A DNA stretch of 64,000 nt from Escherichia coli. Its GTDB lineage: Bacteria > Pseudomonadota > Gammaproteobacteria > Enterobacterales > Enterobacteriaceae. Under the pieces are notes generated by a model, which ran no database searches, was not told the DNA's origin, and worked only from the letters and a program-made list of their open reading frames with translations. The stretch is from the NCBI RefSeq assembly GCF_003019035.1, contig NZ_CP027448.1; one strand, written 5' to 3'. Position numbers and translations under genes: made by a program. How positions within the stretch are numbered: position 1 is the stretch's first letter; the number at the start of each line of letters is the position of its first letter. Shown piece after piece: positions 50,747 to 61,831 of this stretch.

Positions 50747-51677
50747 ACTTTAGCAAAACGTACCAACCGGACAAAATAGATGAAGGGCGAAGTACTGAGG
50801 TAGCACGCCACCGTTTGCACCATACCAGCCATTTAGTTGGTACATCAGCTGTTGCATTATATTCGCGGGGAGGACGGCGACGTTGTGTTATTCGGTAATC
50901 AACCCCTTCCTCAATAGTCCCTGATGCAGCCAGTATACGCGATAGAGTAGCTGAGGCTTCCCGGAGGGAATCCGGGCACGTTGCAGCAATCTGTTGCAAC
51001 GTGGTCACGGTGATATGGTCTAGTTGAGCATCCCTTTGCAGAAGCATTGCCATACACATGGCATTTCTGATGCCGTTGTTCCGACTATCACGAGGCACAT
51101 ATCCCAGAACCTGCATCATATTGTCAAGCTGGCTGACGGCAAAATCGGTGCTCTGTCGGCCAAAAACCTTAAGACAGAGCCGATATTGATAGAATATGCC
51201 ACAGTGTTCCAGCCGCTCAAACCCACATAGCAACCATGCTAACGCTATAACATATTGCCGACAGTTGCCGCTGGCTCCAAACCGTCGACGAAATTCCCCT
51301 TCGCTGTTGCAAATAACTTCTAACCACTCTTCTTGTGTCCAGGCCCAGTATGTTTTCCGGATGCGCTGCATCTCTAGGACTATATCGTGAATAGATGAAT
51401 TGTAGGGGGCCTTGGCCGCATGCATTTTTGTTAGCGTGTCGCGTAGTGGTAAAAGAAGGCGGGAAAGCCGTTTTTGTATATCAGGTGACCAGTTTTTACC
51501 TCCTTGCTGGAAGTGGTCGACCAATGTATCCAGTGCCGCAAGCTCGCTTTCAGAGATCTCCGATCGGGTATCCCAAAGTAGGGCAGGAAGACTGAGTGAT
51601 GTTGTCGGACAAGGCGCTGTATGTTCAGATTGCATCATGGAGAAGGATCCTGCTGTTGTAGTACAGTAAGGCGGCAA
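50727..51677 (-). CDS. Recombinase-operon middle gene (316 aa), divergent/uncertain
   Basis: Overlaps both neighbours (translational coupling); no clear R-H-R-Y motifs seen by eye. Confidence 0.55.
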   Translation of the reverse strand: MPPYCTTTAGSFSMMQSEHTAPCPTTSLSLPALLWDTRSEISESELAALDTLVDHFQQGGKNWSPDIQKRLSRLLLPLRDTLTKMHAAKAPYNSSIHDIVLEMQRIRKTYWAWTQEEWLEVICNSEGEFRRRFGASGNCRQYVIALAWLLCGFERLEHCGIFYQYRLCLKVFGRQSTDFAVSQLDNMMQVLGYVPRDSRNNGIRNAMCMAMLLQRDAQLDHITVTTLQQIAATCPDSLREASATLSRILAASGTIEEGVDYRITQRRRPPREYNATADVPTKWLVWCKRWRATSVLRPSSILSGWYVLLKCGQLVS

Positions 51678-52687
51678 GTATGCAAGGATGCGACCGTGTA
51701 ATTGAAACGACTACTCAGATCACGTGCGCTGAGATGAATATAGAGCAGAGTTGACTGGATACGACGGTGGCCAGCGAATGCAGCAATTTCGTGGATGTCC
51801 CACCCCACGCGTGCCAGTTCTGTCAGACAAAGATGTCGGAATGTGTGGGTGCTGATGAGTGGAAGATCAGCCTTAATAGCTAAACCGCGAACTACTTTTG
51901 ACCAAGTCCAGTTGCTAATAGGTTCTGCCCGATTACGCGGAGAGCGTGAGAGAAACAACGGACCGCGAGATGAGCTTAGCATACGACGTTCAGTGAGCCA
52001 TGCTGTGTAGAGTTCCCCCGTCACAGGAGAATAGGGCACAACCCGACCAAAGCGGTTTTTGGTATGCTCAGCGCGCACAGTGAGCAAGCGTTGAGAAGGG
52101 TCAATATCTCCGGTAGCTACTGTGCAAAGTTCTTCTCTGCGTAATCCGCAGTCGTAGGCCAGTGCCAGCATAAAACGAGTACGGATATCAGCTTGTCCGG
52201 CTACCTCAAGAAAGCGCAACCACTCCGCATCATCCGGGATCCACGGTAGCCGCCGCTGCAACGGCACTATACCAGCTTTTCCTTTCCCTCCGTTTTTCCA
52301 GACACCTCGTCTGACAGGATTTCTCTCCCGTATCCCCTCCTCACAAAGCCAATAGTTGTACAGTCGTACCACCGTCAGCCGGTGGCGGATAGTGGCAGCT
52401 GCCAGCTGGCGACCGGTATGCAGGCTGCGGACATAGAGTGCGACCGTATCACGTCCAGCGACAGCAGCCGTCAGGGCAACAGAGTGACAGAAAGCGAGCC
52501 AGTCATTGACGCCACGGGCATAGGCATCAATGGTGTTTGGAGCACACAGCAGGTCCTCCTGCAGGCACACCCACCGGCAAGCTGAAGGATCGGCCGACAG
52601 AAAAGGCAGCGCATCCAGCAGTTTCTTGTGCACAGCATCCCCCTTTTCGATAACAGAATGTGTTGTATGAAATATAGTCAATTCCAA
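51635..52687 (-). CDS. Tyrosine recombinase (XerC/D-like, 350 aa)
   Basis: ...CGLRREEL..., ...HTFRHLCLTELA..., ...GHRRIQSTLLYIH...; start lies 9 bp from element end. Confidence 0.85.
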   Translation of the reverse strand: MELTIFHTTHSVIEKGDAVHKKLLDALPFLSADPSACRWVCLQEDLLCAPNTIDAYARGVNDWLAFCHSVALTAAVAGRDTVALYVRSLHTGRQLAAATIRHRLTVVRLYNYWLCEEGIRERNPVRRGVWKNGGKGKAGIVPLQRRLPWIPDDAEWLRFLEVAGQADIRTRFMLALAYDCGLRREELCTVATGDIDPSQRLLTVRAEHTKNRFGRVVPYSPVTGELYTAWLTERRMLSSSRGPLFLSRSPRNRAEPISNWTWSKVVRGLAIKADLPLISTHTFRHLCLTELARVGWDIHEIAAFAGHRRIQSTLLYIHLSARDLSSRFNYTVASLHTCRLTVLQQQDPSP

Positions 52688-52696
52688 ATAACATAG

Positions 52697-53841
52697 AAGC
52701 GAAGCGGCTGGGCATAAAAATGGGAGTACCGTGGTTTCAGCTGAAGTCGGTGAAATTTCCGGAGCCGGTCATCGCCTTCTCCAGTAATTACGCGCTATAC
52801 GCATCGATGTCGAACAGGGTTATGTCTCATCTCGAGGAGCTGGCGCCGGGCGTGGAGCAGTACAGTATTGATGAGATGTTTCTCGACGTGCGGGGTATTG
52901 ACAGCTGCATCGATTTCGAGGATTTCGGCCGGCAGCTGCGTGAACACGTCAGGAACGGGACTGGCCTGACTATCGGTGTCGGAATGGGGCTAACCAAAAC
53001 GCTGGCAAAGTCAGCACAGTGGGCTTCCAAAGAGTGGCCACAGTTTGGTGGCGTGCTGGCGTTAACGCCAGGCAATATCCGCCGTACGGAAAAACTGCTG
53101 TCACTGCAGCCGGTGGAGGAAATCTGGGGGGTAGGCAGCAGGATATCAAAGAAGCTGAACACAATGGGGATAACAACTGCACTGCAGCTGGCGCGCGCTA
53201 ACCCTGTATTTATCAGGAAAAACTTCAATGTGGTTCTGGAGAGAACGGTCCGGGAACTCACCGGAGAAAGCTGTATTTCACTGGAGGAAGCACCGCCCCC
53301 CAAACAGCAGATAGTCTGCAGCAGGAGCTTTGGGGAACGTGTCACAACTTATGAAGCCATGCGACAGGCAGTTTGTCAGTACGCTGAGCGTGCAGCTGAA
53401 AAGCTGCGCGGCGAGCGTCAGTTCTGCAGGCATATTGCCGTGTTTGTGAAAACATCGCCGTTCGCCGTAAATGAGCCCTACTACGGTAATCTGGCCAGTG
53501 AAAAACTGCTCATCCCCACGCAGGATACACGGGACATCATTGCCGCTGCCGTCAGAGCTCTGGACAGGATCTGGGGGGATGGTCACCGTTACGCAAAGGC
53601 AGGCTGTATGCTGAACGATTTCGCTCCTGACGGGGTTTCGCTGTTGAACCTGTTCGATGATACTCAGCTCCGAAGCAACAGCAATCAGCTGATGAAAGTT
53701 GTGGACGGTATTAATCATTCAGGACTCGGAAAAGTGTGGTTTGCAGGCCGGGGGATTGCATCTGAATGGCAAATGAAACGGGAGATGCTTTCACCAGACT
53801 ATACAACTCGCTGGTCTGAACTACCAGTAGCGAAATTATGA
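52697..53841 (+). pseudogene. impB: 3' portion of umuC/impB-like Y-family polymerase gene (continues frame of 44281-44407)
   Basis: EAKRLGIKMGVPWFQLKSVKFPEPVIAFSSNYALYASMSNRVM...SRSFGERVTTYEAMRQAV... matches remembered UmuC/MucB; track ORF 52720-53841 starts at internal Met. Confidence 0.88.
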
Positions 53842-53977
53842 GTCACGTAGAAGTTGAGAAAAAGTGGTGATTTCAGTGTGAAAGAATTTTTATTTTTCTT
53901 TTATAATCAAAGAAGTAGCCATGAAATAGGCATGGTGAAAAACATAAGACAAGGATGCTCTCCGGCATCCTTGTCGC

Positions 53978-54949
53978 TTACTCACTTGACTCAGGAAGTC
54001 TTTCCAGAATACGTTTTATTGCCTCATCTATCTCCGACTGTGCCTCAGCGGAAATGCGGGAAAACTCATAAACAACAAGTCGTTTCTTTGAATCAATTTT
54101 CTTTCTTGCAAATTGGTTGCGATCTGAAAATTCTCTCAGCTTCTCAGTTTGAACCGTGCGGGTCGGGCGAACTATCAGCGATTTGCTCTCAGCTCTGATA
54201 ACAGCCAGAATTTTGCTTTTATCAATTGCCGGATAATCTGGCATGGTCTTCAACCGATGCTGAACTTTTTCCATCAGTTCTGTTACTGATCTTTGCTTGT
54301 TGTTTGCTTCTTCAGCTAGTTTCAGTAAAAAATGATAATCCGGCAACGAAATATCATTTATCACAGGGAAAACTGCAACCATTTCATCTGGCACTGCTGC
54401 GGCCTGAAACGCACGAGTCACTTTCGCAGGAGAGAGATTTTCTGCCTGAGCAATCTCTTCCTTCGTCATACTGGTTCCATACGTAACTTCGAGTCGTTTT
54501 CCCAGCTCACGCAAGCTATGCTCACGTGCGGTTTGTATGTCTTTTGCCAGTTGTCGTGCATCTGACAGTTCAATATCGTCCTTTGTAACAAGTATTTCGA
54601 ATTTAACATTGCTATAAATGCAGGCTGCCCGGCGACGTGTGCCGTCCAGGATCTCAATTCGCCCGTTGACCTCTCTCCCAATAGCGGGGAAAAACTGCTG
54701 CAGTTTTATGGTACGGGAAATGTCACTGACTGACTCAGGGGATAACATTGCCTGGTCGCGACCATTAACAGATGAATCAACAAATGTCTTCGATTCGATC
54801 TCACCGCTTAGCACAACCGTTTTCACAAATTTGGCCTGTTTACCAGATTTGAGAGTAAAGGTTTTCACATCGCCATCGCTTTCAAGCATTCGCGCAAATT
54901 CTGAATTGCTGTTGCCAAGAACTCGGCCACGAGCTAAAACTTTCCTCAT
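53978..54949 (-). CDS. parB: ParB partition protein (P1/P7-type)
   Basis: 323 aa, ParB-like HTH region; 4-nt overlap with parA. Confidence 0.82.
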   Translation of the reverse strand: MRKVLARGRVLGNSNSEFARMLESDGDVKTFTLKSGKQAKFVKTVVLSGEIESKTFVDSSVNGRDQAMLSPESVSDISRTIKLQQFFPAIGREVNGRIEILDGTRRRAACIYSNVKFEILVTKDDIELSDARQLAKDIQTAREHSLRELGKRLEVTYGTSMTKEEIAQAENLSPAKVTRAFQAAAVPDEMVAVFPVINDISLPDYHFLLKLAEEANNKQRSVTELMEKVQHRLKTMPDYPAIDKSKILAVIRAESKSLIVRPTRTVQTEKLREFSDRNQFARKKIDSKKRLVVYEFSRISAEAQSEIDEAIKRILERLPESSE

Positions 54950-56151
54950 TTTGATGCTCCACGGATATATTCAATTCGATCAAAAACAGCCTTAGTAAAT
55001 CGTTCAGCTTCAGTTCGGGCTTTTTTCAGTGCTTCAACACTTCCAGGGTAGGAAACGGGGTTTGCACTAATAATGGTGTCAAACGACTCACCACACCGTT
55101 CGAATCCGTCAAGTCGCGGCAGTGACGCATCAAGAATGTTACTTGCGTACACTTCACGCGCCAGACTATGTGACGTCTCGTGGTCACGTTTGCCGGTCAT
55201 TTTTGACATAAACCCAATACTGGCGCTGAGCCTGGGTTCCACACCTTCTTCTTCAAGGCGTTCCAGCATCTCCGGTAAACGTGTCAGGTATTTCAACGTG
55301 GAGTGAAAATCAACCTGTGCCGGTGGAGTAGGGGTCAAGAGCAAATCGCTCGCGGCCAGTCCATTCAGGAGGAACGGATCAAGGTGAGGGCCTGTATCAA
55401 TAAAGACAAAATCATAATCACCTGCGATACGGTCAATAATTGTTTTTTTGAGCACCTCAGAAGGTTTCAGACCTGGTAAATGTTCTGTAACTAATGACTC
55501 CCACTGGCTGGCGACAAAGCCGTCGTCGATCGACGCAGGGATGATATCGACGCCTGGGATAATAGTTGGGCGAATTACAGCTTCTCTCAACGTTTCTGCA
55601 TCGAGATCATTCAGCATTGCCTGGGCTGCTGTTTCAAGAACAGTACCAATGCTATGAGTGTGATCAAGAAACATAGTACTGGATGCCTGCGGATCAAGGT
55701 CAATAACCAGGATGCGGAGATCATGACGAAGCAAGTCCGGATGTACTCGTAATGCATGTGCGAGAGTGACTGTCGTGACTGTTTTTGATACACCGCCTTT
55801 AAGATTGACGACAAAAATCACGTATGGTTCTTTGTGAATATCGCGGTACTTAGGTATTTGACGGTGGGCGTAAATGTCGATAACGTTCTGAATAGTGAGA
55901 GCGTATTGCTCTACGTTGCCAACCTGCTTTTTATTGAATTCGTAACCGCTGTCCTCCATCTCTTTTACAGCAAGTTCAACGATGCGACGGCTTAACTTAG
56001 GCAGTTTTGCCACAGCATTTCTGGTATATGTCTGATGATATTGAGTCAGATTAAATTCTTTTCTCTGAGCCTCAATATCCCTGCTCATAGCCTGAAGTAA
56101 GGCACTTGCTCTGAGAGCTATGGTGCCAACACTACCGTAATCACGTCTCAT
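54946..56151 (-). CDS. parA: ParA partition ATPase (type Ia, with N-terminal HTH extension)
   Basis: 401 aa; deviant Walker A VNLKGGVSKT. Confidence 0.9.
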   Translation of the reverse strand: MRRDYGSVGTIALRASALLQAMSRDIEAQRKEFNLTQYHQTYTRNAVAKLPKLSRRIVELAVKEMEDSGYEFNKKQVGNVEQYALTIQNVIDIYAHRQIPKYRDIHKEPYVIFVVNLKGGVSKTVTTVTLAHALRVHPDLLRHDLRILVIDLDPQASSTMFLDHTHSIGTVLETAAQAMLNDLDAETLREAVIRPTIIPGVDIIPASIDDGFVASQWESLVTEHLPGLKPSEVLKKTIIDRIAGDYDFVFIDTGPHLDPFLLNGLAASDLLLTPTPPAQVDFHSTLKYLTRLPEMLERLEEEGVEPRLSASIGFMSKMTGKRDHETSHSLAREVYASNILDASLPRLDGFERCGESFDTIISANPVSYPGSVEALKKARTEAERFTKAVFDRIEYIRGASK

Positions 56152-56569
56152 TGTTTTCCCCTTCCCCTAAAGATGGATTCCTTGCGCGTCAAATATGTGT
56201 AAAGCTTAATCACATTGTACACAACACAACAAAACGTACAACATTTATAACCACGACATTAAATTAATGTACGTGGCATTATATTTATCACCAAAAGGAA
56301 TAGGTAGTGCTCGCCGCAGCCTTGAGACCGAGCATCGCGAGCGAACTGGCGAGGAAGCGCAACGGCGCTATAGTCACATAATGCTCGTACGCACCTGATT
56401 TAAAGGATATTGTGGGAAACACCCAAAGTTTTCTCTGACAGTTCAGATCAACTTTTCCACATACTCACAGACTGTTTTTTAAGCTATTTTTATTCCTTTT
56501 TAAAAGTTTTCTCCTTTTTGTCCATTTTAGGATGCCCAGAGACCGCGTCATGTCTGCCTTTCAGGCCTC

Positions 56570-56700
56570 CTTTATGGGAATCACCCAGGGTTATGCTGGG
56601 AAATACCACGGATTAATATGGGTAACAGCCCGAATTTTTATGGGAAATGCCACGAGTTGGTATGGGAAACACCTCGTATTGCTATGGGAAACGCCCCTGG
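56570..56700 (+). repeat. Iteron array upstream of rep (six about 22-bp repeats, core ATGGGAAA)
   Basis: Repeats centred near 56573, 56597, 56618, 56641, 56663, 56685. Confidence 0.7.
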
Positions 56701-56744
56701 TTTAAATTCGTGTTTTATGACTGTGGATAACACGTTAATTTCCC

Positions 56745-57503
56745 TTGTTGGATGGGCTTTTGCATGACAATATGGGCGAGTTAAAAACAACCCATACGAT
56801 AATGACAATGACAATAAGTACCGCGAAAAAATCAGTCAACATTAGTCAATCCAATGAACTGACAGAAGCAGCTTACTACTTGCCGTTGCAAGCCAAGAGG
56901 GTGCTATGGTTATGCCTTATTCAGTGCTATCCACTGAAAGATGATCCTGATTCGGTATCGCCAGTATTCACAGTTCTTGTTGCTGATTATCAAAAGTATT
57001 TCAAAGTGTCTGTTGATACAGCGTCATCTGATGTTAAAAAGGGCGTCACTGCACTGGCTGAAAGTAGTGTTGTGTTTTATCCCAAAGACGGAGAGTTTGA
57101 CGAGATCAAACGGCCCTGGCTGGCTGAGGCTGGGCTAAAAAAAGGGCGCGGAAAATGGCAAATTGAATTTAATTACAAAGTCATGCCCTATCTGATGGGA
57201 CTGACCAGCCAGTTCACCACGTATTCACTCTATGACTGCGGAAAAATAAACAGTGTTAGGGTCATTCGACTGTATGAAAGCCTGTGCCAGTACCGTTCCA
57301 GCGGAGTATGGGTTACTACTCAGGAATGGCTGTCAGAGCGATTCATGCTTCCTGAATCGCAAAGATCAAACTTCGCTGAAATGAAGAGAACGTTTATCAA
57401 TCCGGCACTGAAAAAGATAAACGCAAATACACCACTTAAAGCCGCAATGACACAGAATGAAGATGGCAGGTTAGTCTTCACCATTGTTGATTCGAAAAAC
57501 TAA
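56745..57503 (+). CDS. Iteron-binding replication initiator (RepFIB-like)
   Basis: 252-aa ORF flanked by iterons on both sides; true start may be upstream non-ATG. Confidence 0.7.
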   Translation: MLDGLLHDNMGELKTTHTIMTMTISTAKKSVNISQSNELTEAAYYLPLQAKRVLWLCLIQCYPLKDDPDSVSPVFTVLVADYQKYFKVSVDTASSDVKKGVTALAESSVVFYPKDGEFDEIKRPWLAEAGLKKGRGKWQIEFNYKVMPYLMGLTSQFTTYSLYDCGKINSVRVIRLYESLCQYRSSGVWVTTQEWLSERFMLPESQRSNFAEMKRTFINPALKKINANTPLKAAMTQNEDGRLVFTIVDSKN

Positions 57504-57529
57504 CCAGGTTTGTTTACCATAATAATGAA

Positions 57530-57620
57530 CCTGGGCTATTTCCCATACCAGCCCAGCGACACACACTAACCAGGCCTGTTTTCCATTCTATGGAAAACTT
57601 GGTGTGTTTCCCATAGTCTG
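57530..57620 (+). repeat. Downstream inverted iterons (TTTCCCATA)
   Basis: Copies at about 57538 and 57607 in inverted orientation; further copies at 58130-58175. Confidence 0.55.
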
Positions 57621-58189
57621 GGCAATGGGTTCGGGGTTCTGGCGGTATCATCCCGGGCAGATCTCAACGCCCTTGTATTAATTCCCCGCACCGTTTCAGA
57701 GTAAGCACCCTTTTTAGAGCGTAGTGTAAACCCCTGCTTACACTACGCTCTAAAAAGGGCGCTTACAACTGCTCGTTAGCCTATGAATAACAATCAGAAA
57801 GTACCATAACAGACCCGAAAAAAATGAAATATAAGAGAAGATCAGCGGGTGAAGAAAAAGTTCAAAAAATGGCTACCGGGGAGGAAGGAAAGTACCGGAT
57901 GGAAAGAGTCCCCACGAAAGCAGACTGACAGACATCACAAATCCCCGGGAGGAGACTTGTGTATAAGAGACAGCTCAGATACAGGGAAAGTGCAGAATGG
58001 CAACTATGATGTCTGGCGGCAATGCGAGTTCACCGGAACGATACATAGATTCTGTTTACCTCTCTCTCAACGAGTTTAGTCTCCAGGATTCCCGGGGCGG
58101 TTCAGTCTGGCGACTCATCCTAATCATGCCTGTTTCCCATCCAACGGGAAAACCTGGGGTATTTCCCATATACTGGCCAGAGCATTTTC

Positions 58190-58996
58190 TCAGGATAATT
58201 GTTTCAGCATCACAACCGCATCAGATTCCGGCATCGCAAACTGCACCCGGTGCCGTGCAGCCACATCCAGTGCAAACACCTTCGTGTAGACCTCCGTTGA
58301 GCTGATGGACTTATGCCCCATCAGGCTCTGCAGGACCTTCAGCGGTATACCGGCATACAGCATGTGCATCGCATAGGAATGGCGGAACGTATGTGGTGTG
58401 ACCGGAACAGAGAACGTCACACCGTCAGCAGCAGCGGCGGCAACCGCCTCCCCAATCCAGGTCCTGACCGTTCTGTCCGTCACTTCCCAGATCCGCGCTT
58501 TCTCTGTCCTGCCTGTTCGTTTATTACGCCGTTCCATGGGGATTTTCAGTGTGGCCACCATCGTCTGCAGCTGGCTGACGTACCAGGCATCAGAGAGCGG
58601 AACCAGCCGGTGAGTCTGCTGACCGGCGGGCATTCTTCCTGCCGTCCTGGCTGCTTTTTCGGTCCGTTGTTTCAGGGTCGCAAGCTGCACAAACGGATAC
58701 GGAGGCGCGAGCGAAAAATCCCCCCGCGTCAGCGCCAGTGCTTCATTAATGCGCGCACCGGTGTTCCACAGTGTGGCCAGCAGCATCTTGCGGCGCAGAT
58801 CCGGGACGTAATGGAGCAGGGCACTCACTTCCGGAGCCAGCAGATATTTCGGCAGTTCATCATGGACCATCGACATCTGGCGAAGTGCCAGAGCTGCCGG
58901 ATAATCAATGACAACAGGAAGTTGTGGAGACTGTCCGGCAGAATACACTGCCGGTACCATGGCTGCAGACTGGCTGTGTATAACGGAGCCTGACAT
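58190..58996 (-). CDS. resD: ResD-like tyrosine recombinase (multimer resolvase, 268 aa)
   Basis: ...HTFRHSYAMHMLYAGIPLKVLQSLMGHKSISSTEVYTKV...; downstream of ccdAB as in F. Confidence 0.82.
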   Translation of the reverse strand: MSGSVIHSQSAAMVPAVYSAGQSPQLPVVIDYPAALALRQMSMVHDELPKYLLAPEVSALLHYVPDLRRKMLLATLWNTGARINEALALTRGDFSLAPPYPFVQLATLKQRTEKAARTAGRMPAGQQTHRLVPLSDAWYVSQLQTMVATLKIPMERRNKRTGRTEKARIWEVTDRTVRTWIGEAVAAAAADGVTFSVPVTPHTFRHSYAMHMLYAGIPLKVLQSLMGHKSISSTEVYTKVFALDVAARHRVQFAMPESDAVVMLKQLS

Positions 58997-59522
<526 letters not shown>

Positions 59523-61831
59523 AATGCACCTCATCTTACATACTCTCTGTACATCATTAAGTATACACCAGTATTACGCTATAACATGCCTCCGGAAACG
59601 GAATATTGTTATCTGGCTATTATTAACACAATCATCAATAACTGACCTAAAAAGTGATCATGGAAATAATAACCGTCAATGTAGTAACCATGATAAATTA
59701 CAGGATGACTGTTTTTCTATGATCCGATTTTTATGGGATTCAGGATTTTCCGGAAGTGAATCAGGATCAGTGAATAAGCGAAGCGATCTTTTCTGCCGCT
59801 GATGACTGACTCGGGAACACGGGAAGAAACACAACATAGAGCGTCATGTCAGCGAAGCGTGACACCACATCCTGTAAAAGCGGACCAGCGGGCGGCAGCG
59901 AAGGATCTGCGGATCCGGAACTACCTTTTTTCGGATCTTATTAGTGTAGAAGAACGATTGTTGCGGTGAGGGGATTATTGCTTAGGAAGCAAAATTCAAA
60001 ACTGACTAAGCCAGAAATAGCAACAACAAGATAAGGAAATTTTCCCCCTCAGCCCCTGCATGCCGTGAGGGGGAGCAACTACCCAGCTACAGTTTTCATT
60101 TTATGATACGTCTTCACTAGGTAATACCTGTGAACTGACAGAGTCTTTATGGAGTGTATGGCGGACCTAAATTTGATCCCTGAAAACTGTCAGCGCTGCG
60201 AGGACGAAGAAAGTATTACGGCTAAAGCCGTAATACCTCCCCATCCAGCTTCAAGCTATGTAGAAACTTATGTGGGTAGAGCAGTCCCGACAGGGCAGTA
60301 CCGCATTGACAGGCCGTCAGGGCCGCTTACGAGCTTGTATGACAAGGGGGCCGTCTGGATATAGCGAATTATTGTACGGTAAGCCTTTTTTGAACACCTT
60401 ACCTATTGCTATAGAGGGAAACTCCTACGTTATACGCCGCTTTCAGGGGATTCGACCTTAATGAGACAACTCAAATATGATCGACAACTTAAACGCGATA
60501 GCTGCTGATAAAATCAATCCATTACGCGTTTCAATTGATTAAATAATGCACTTAATGTACAAAAATTTCCGATCTCAAAACTGAACCCTAAAGATACCAG
60601 GCATCTCCCCCAGGAAGCGCCCTCATGCGTTTTCCTGTTCCGCCTCTGCCACCTACCTTCTGTTTCATACTTGTTGTATTATTGTTTTTTGTTTTCAATC
60701 CCCAAGGAGACGTCGCTATATGACTGTGCGGGAGACAGAGGAAAACATTGAACAAATCTTCCCTGAGCTTTCGAACTTAATTGATATTATTAATAAATGG
60801 CTTTCCCATGGAAACATTGATCCCGAACTGGCACACTTCATCATTTATCTTCTTGATTACCTAACCACCACACACAAAAGCATATAAAAAATTTCCTTGC
60901 ACATCCATTTCTTTGCGAATATTATTATCCCCGCTGAATATGATTCAATATCGCACGCTACTCATCCATCCCTGGATAATGAGTACATAGGTTGAAGTTT
61001 CAACACCCCCACTACGGGGGTGTTTTTTTACCAATAAAAACAAATCACACCATCGCCATACCCTGTTTGCCAGACATTGATTGGTAAATATGCGTAACTC
61101 GCTATAATACAAAAAGAAAAATCAGAACCAGAAACTAGTTTCCAGATAAAAAACACCCTCCCGAAGGAGGGGACAGACACATTCATATTTCCCAAAACAG
61201 GAATTTTTATTTTTATGACGCATTAATGAAGTTACTTCATCTCCAGTAGATTAACTTCATTTAAAGTGGAGATCAATCATATTTATTACGACTCTAAACC
61301 ATTACAACAACCACAATAAGATATCACCTCAAATATAAAAGACAATTCTTACAAAAACATTCTGAAAACAAAAAAAATACAGATAAACACCAATAAAAAC
61401 AGAAAACTCCTACAAGATTAAAGATGGTAAAATAATATAGAACTGTTAGTCTAATGGAGAAGGCGCATCTAATTCAGAGCAATCTATTGCGAAGAATCAG
61501 AACAACAGTTATCCACAGATTCTGGGGATAACTGCAGAAAGAAGATGTGCAAGAAAAGTCAGCCCCCCGGGAAAGTATTCTTTCTGTTGGGAATCCAATC
61601 ACTATAGGATTCGCGAAGATGGTCAGTACCCGAGTAAAGTAGTTTACACTCTTACTGGCGCTGAACCGAAAAGGCAAAAAAGAAGTTCCAGGCCTGTATC
61701 TGACTAAAAGTGAAGACGCTAACTTCTGGCTATCGGTCCGCAAAACCGTGGTGTGGATGGTCTGACTGTTTTCCCATAAGGCAAACCAGCCTTTGAACAC
61801 ATAAAATATTTTTCTGGACTTTTATATAAAT

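Larger units (their letters stand above)
44408..52696. mobile_element. Inserted element (~8.3 kb) with recombinase trio and candidate defence cargo, integrated in impB
   Basis: impB reading frame resumes exactly at 52696/52697 (..EAKRLGIKMGVPWFQ..); ends carry imperfect inverted repeats sharing TATGT and GGAATTG; no obvious target duplication. Boundaries +/- 1 bp. Confidence 0.8.

Noticed and set aside
53854-54198. Plus-strand ORF antisense to parB
   Set aside because: Shadow ORF inside parB.
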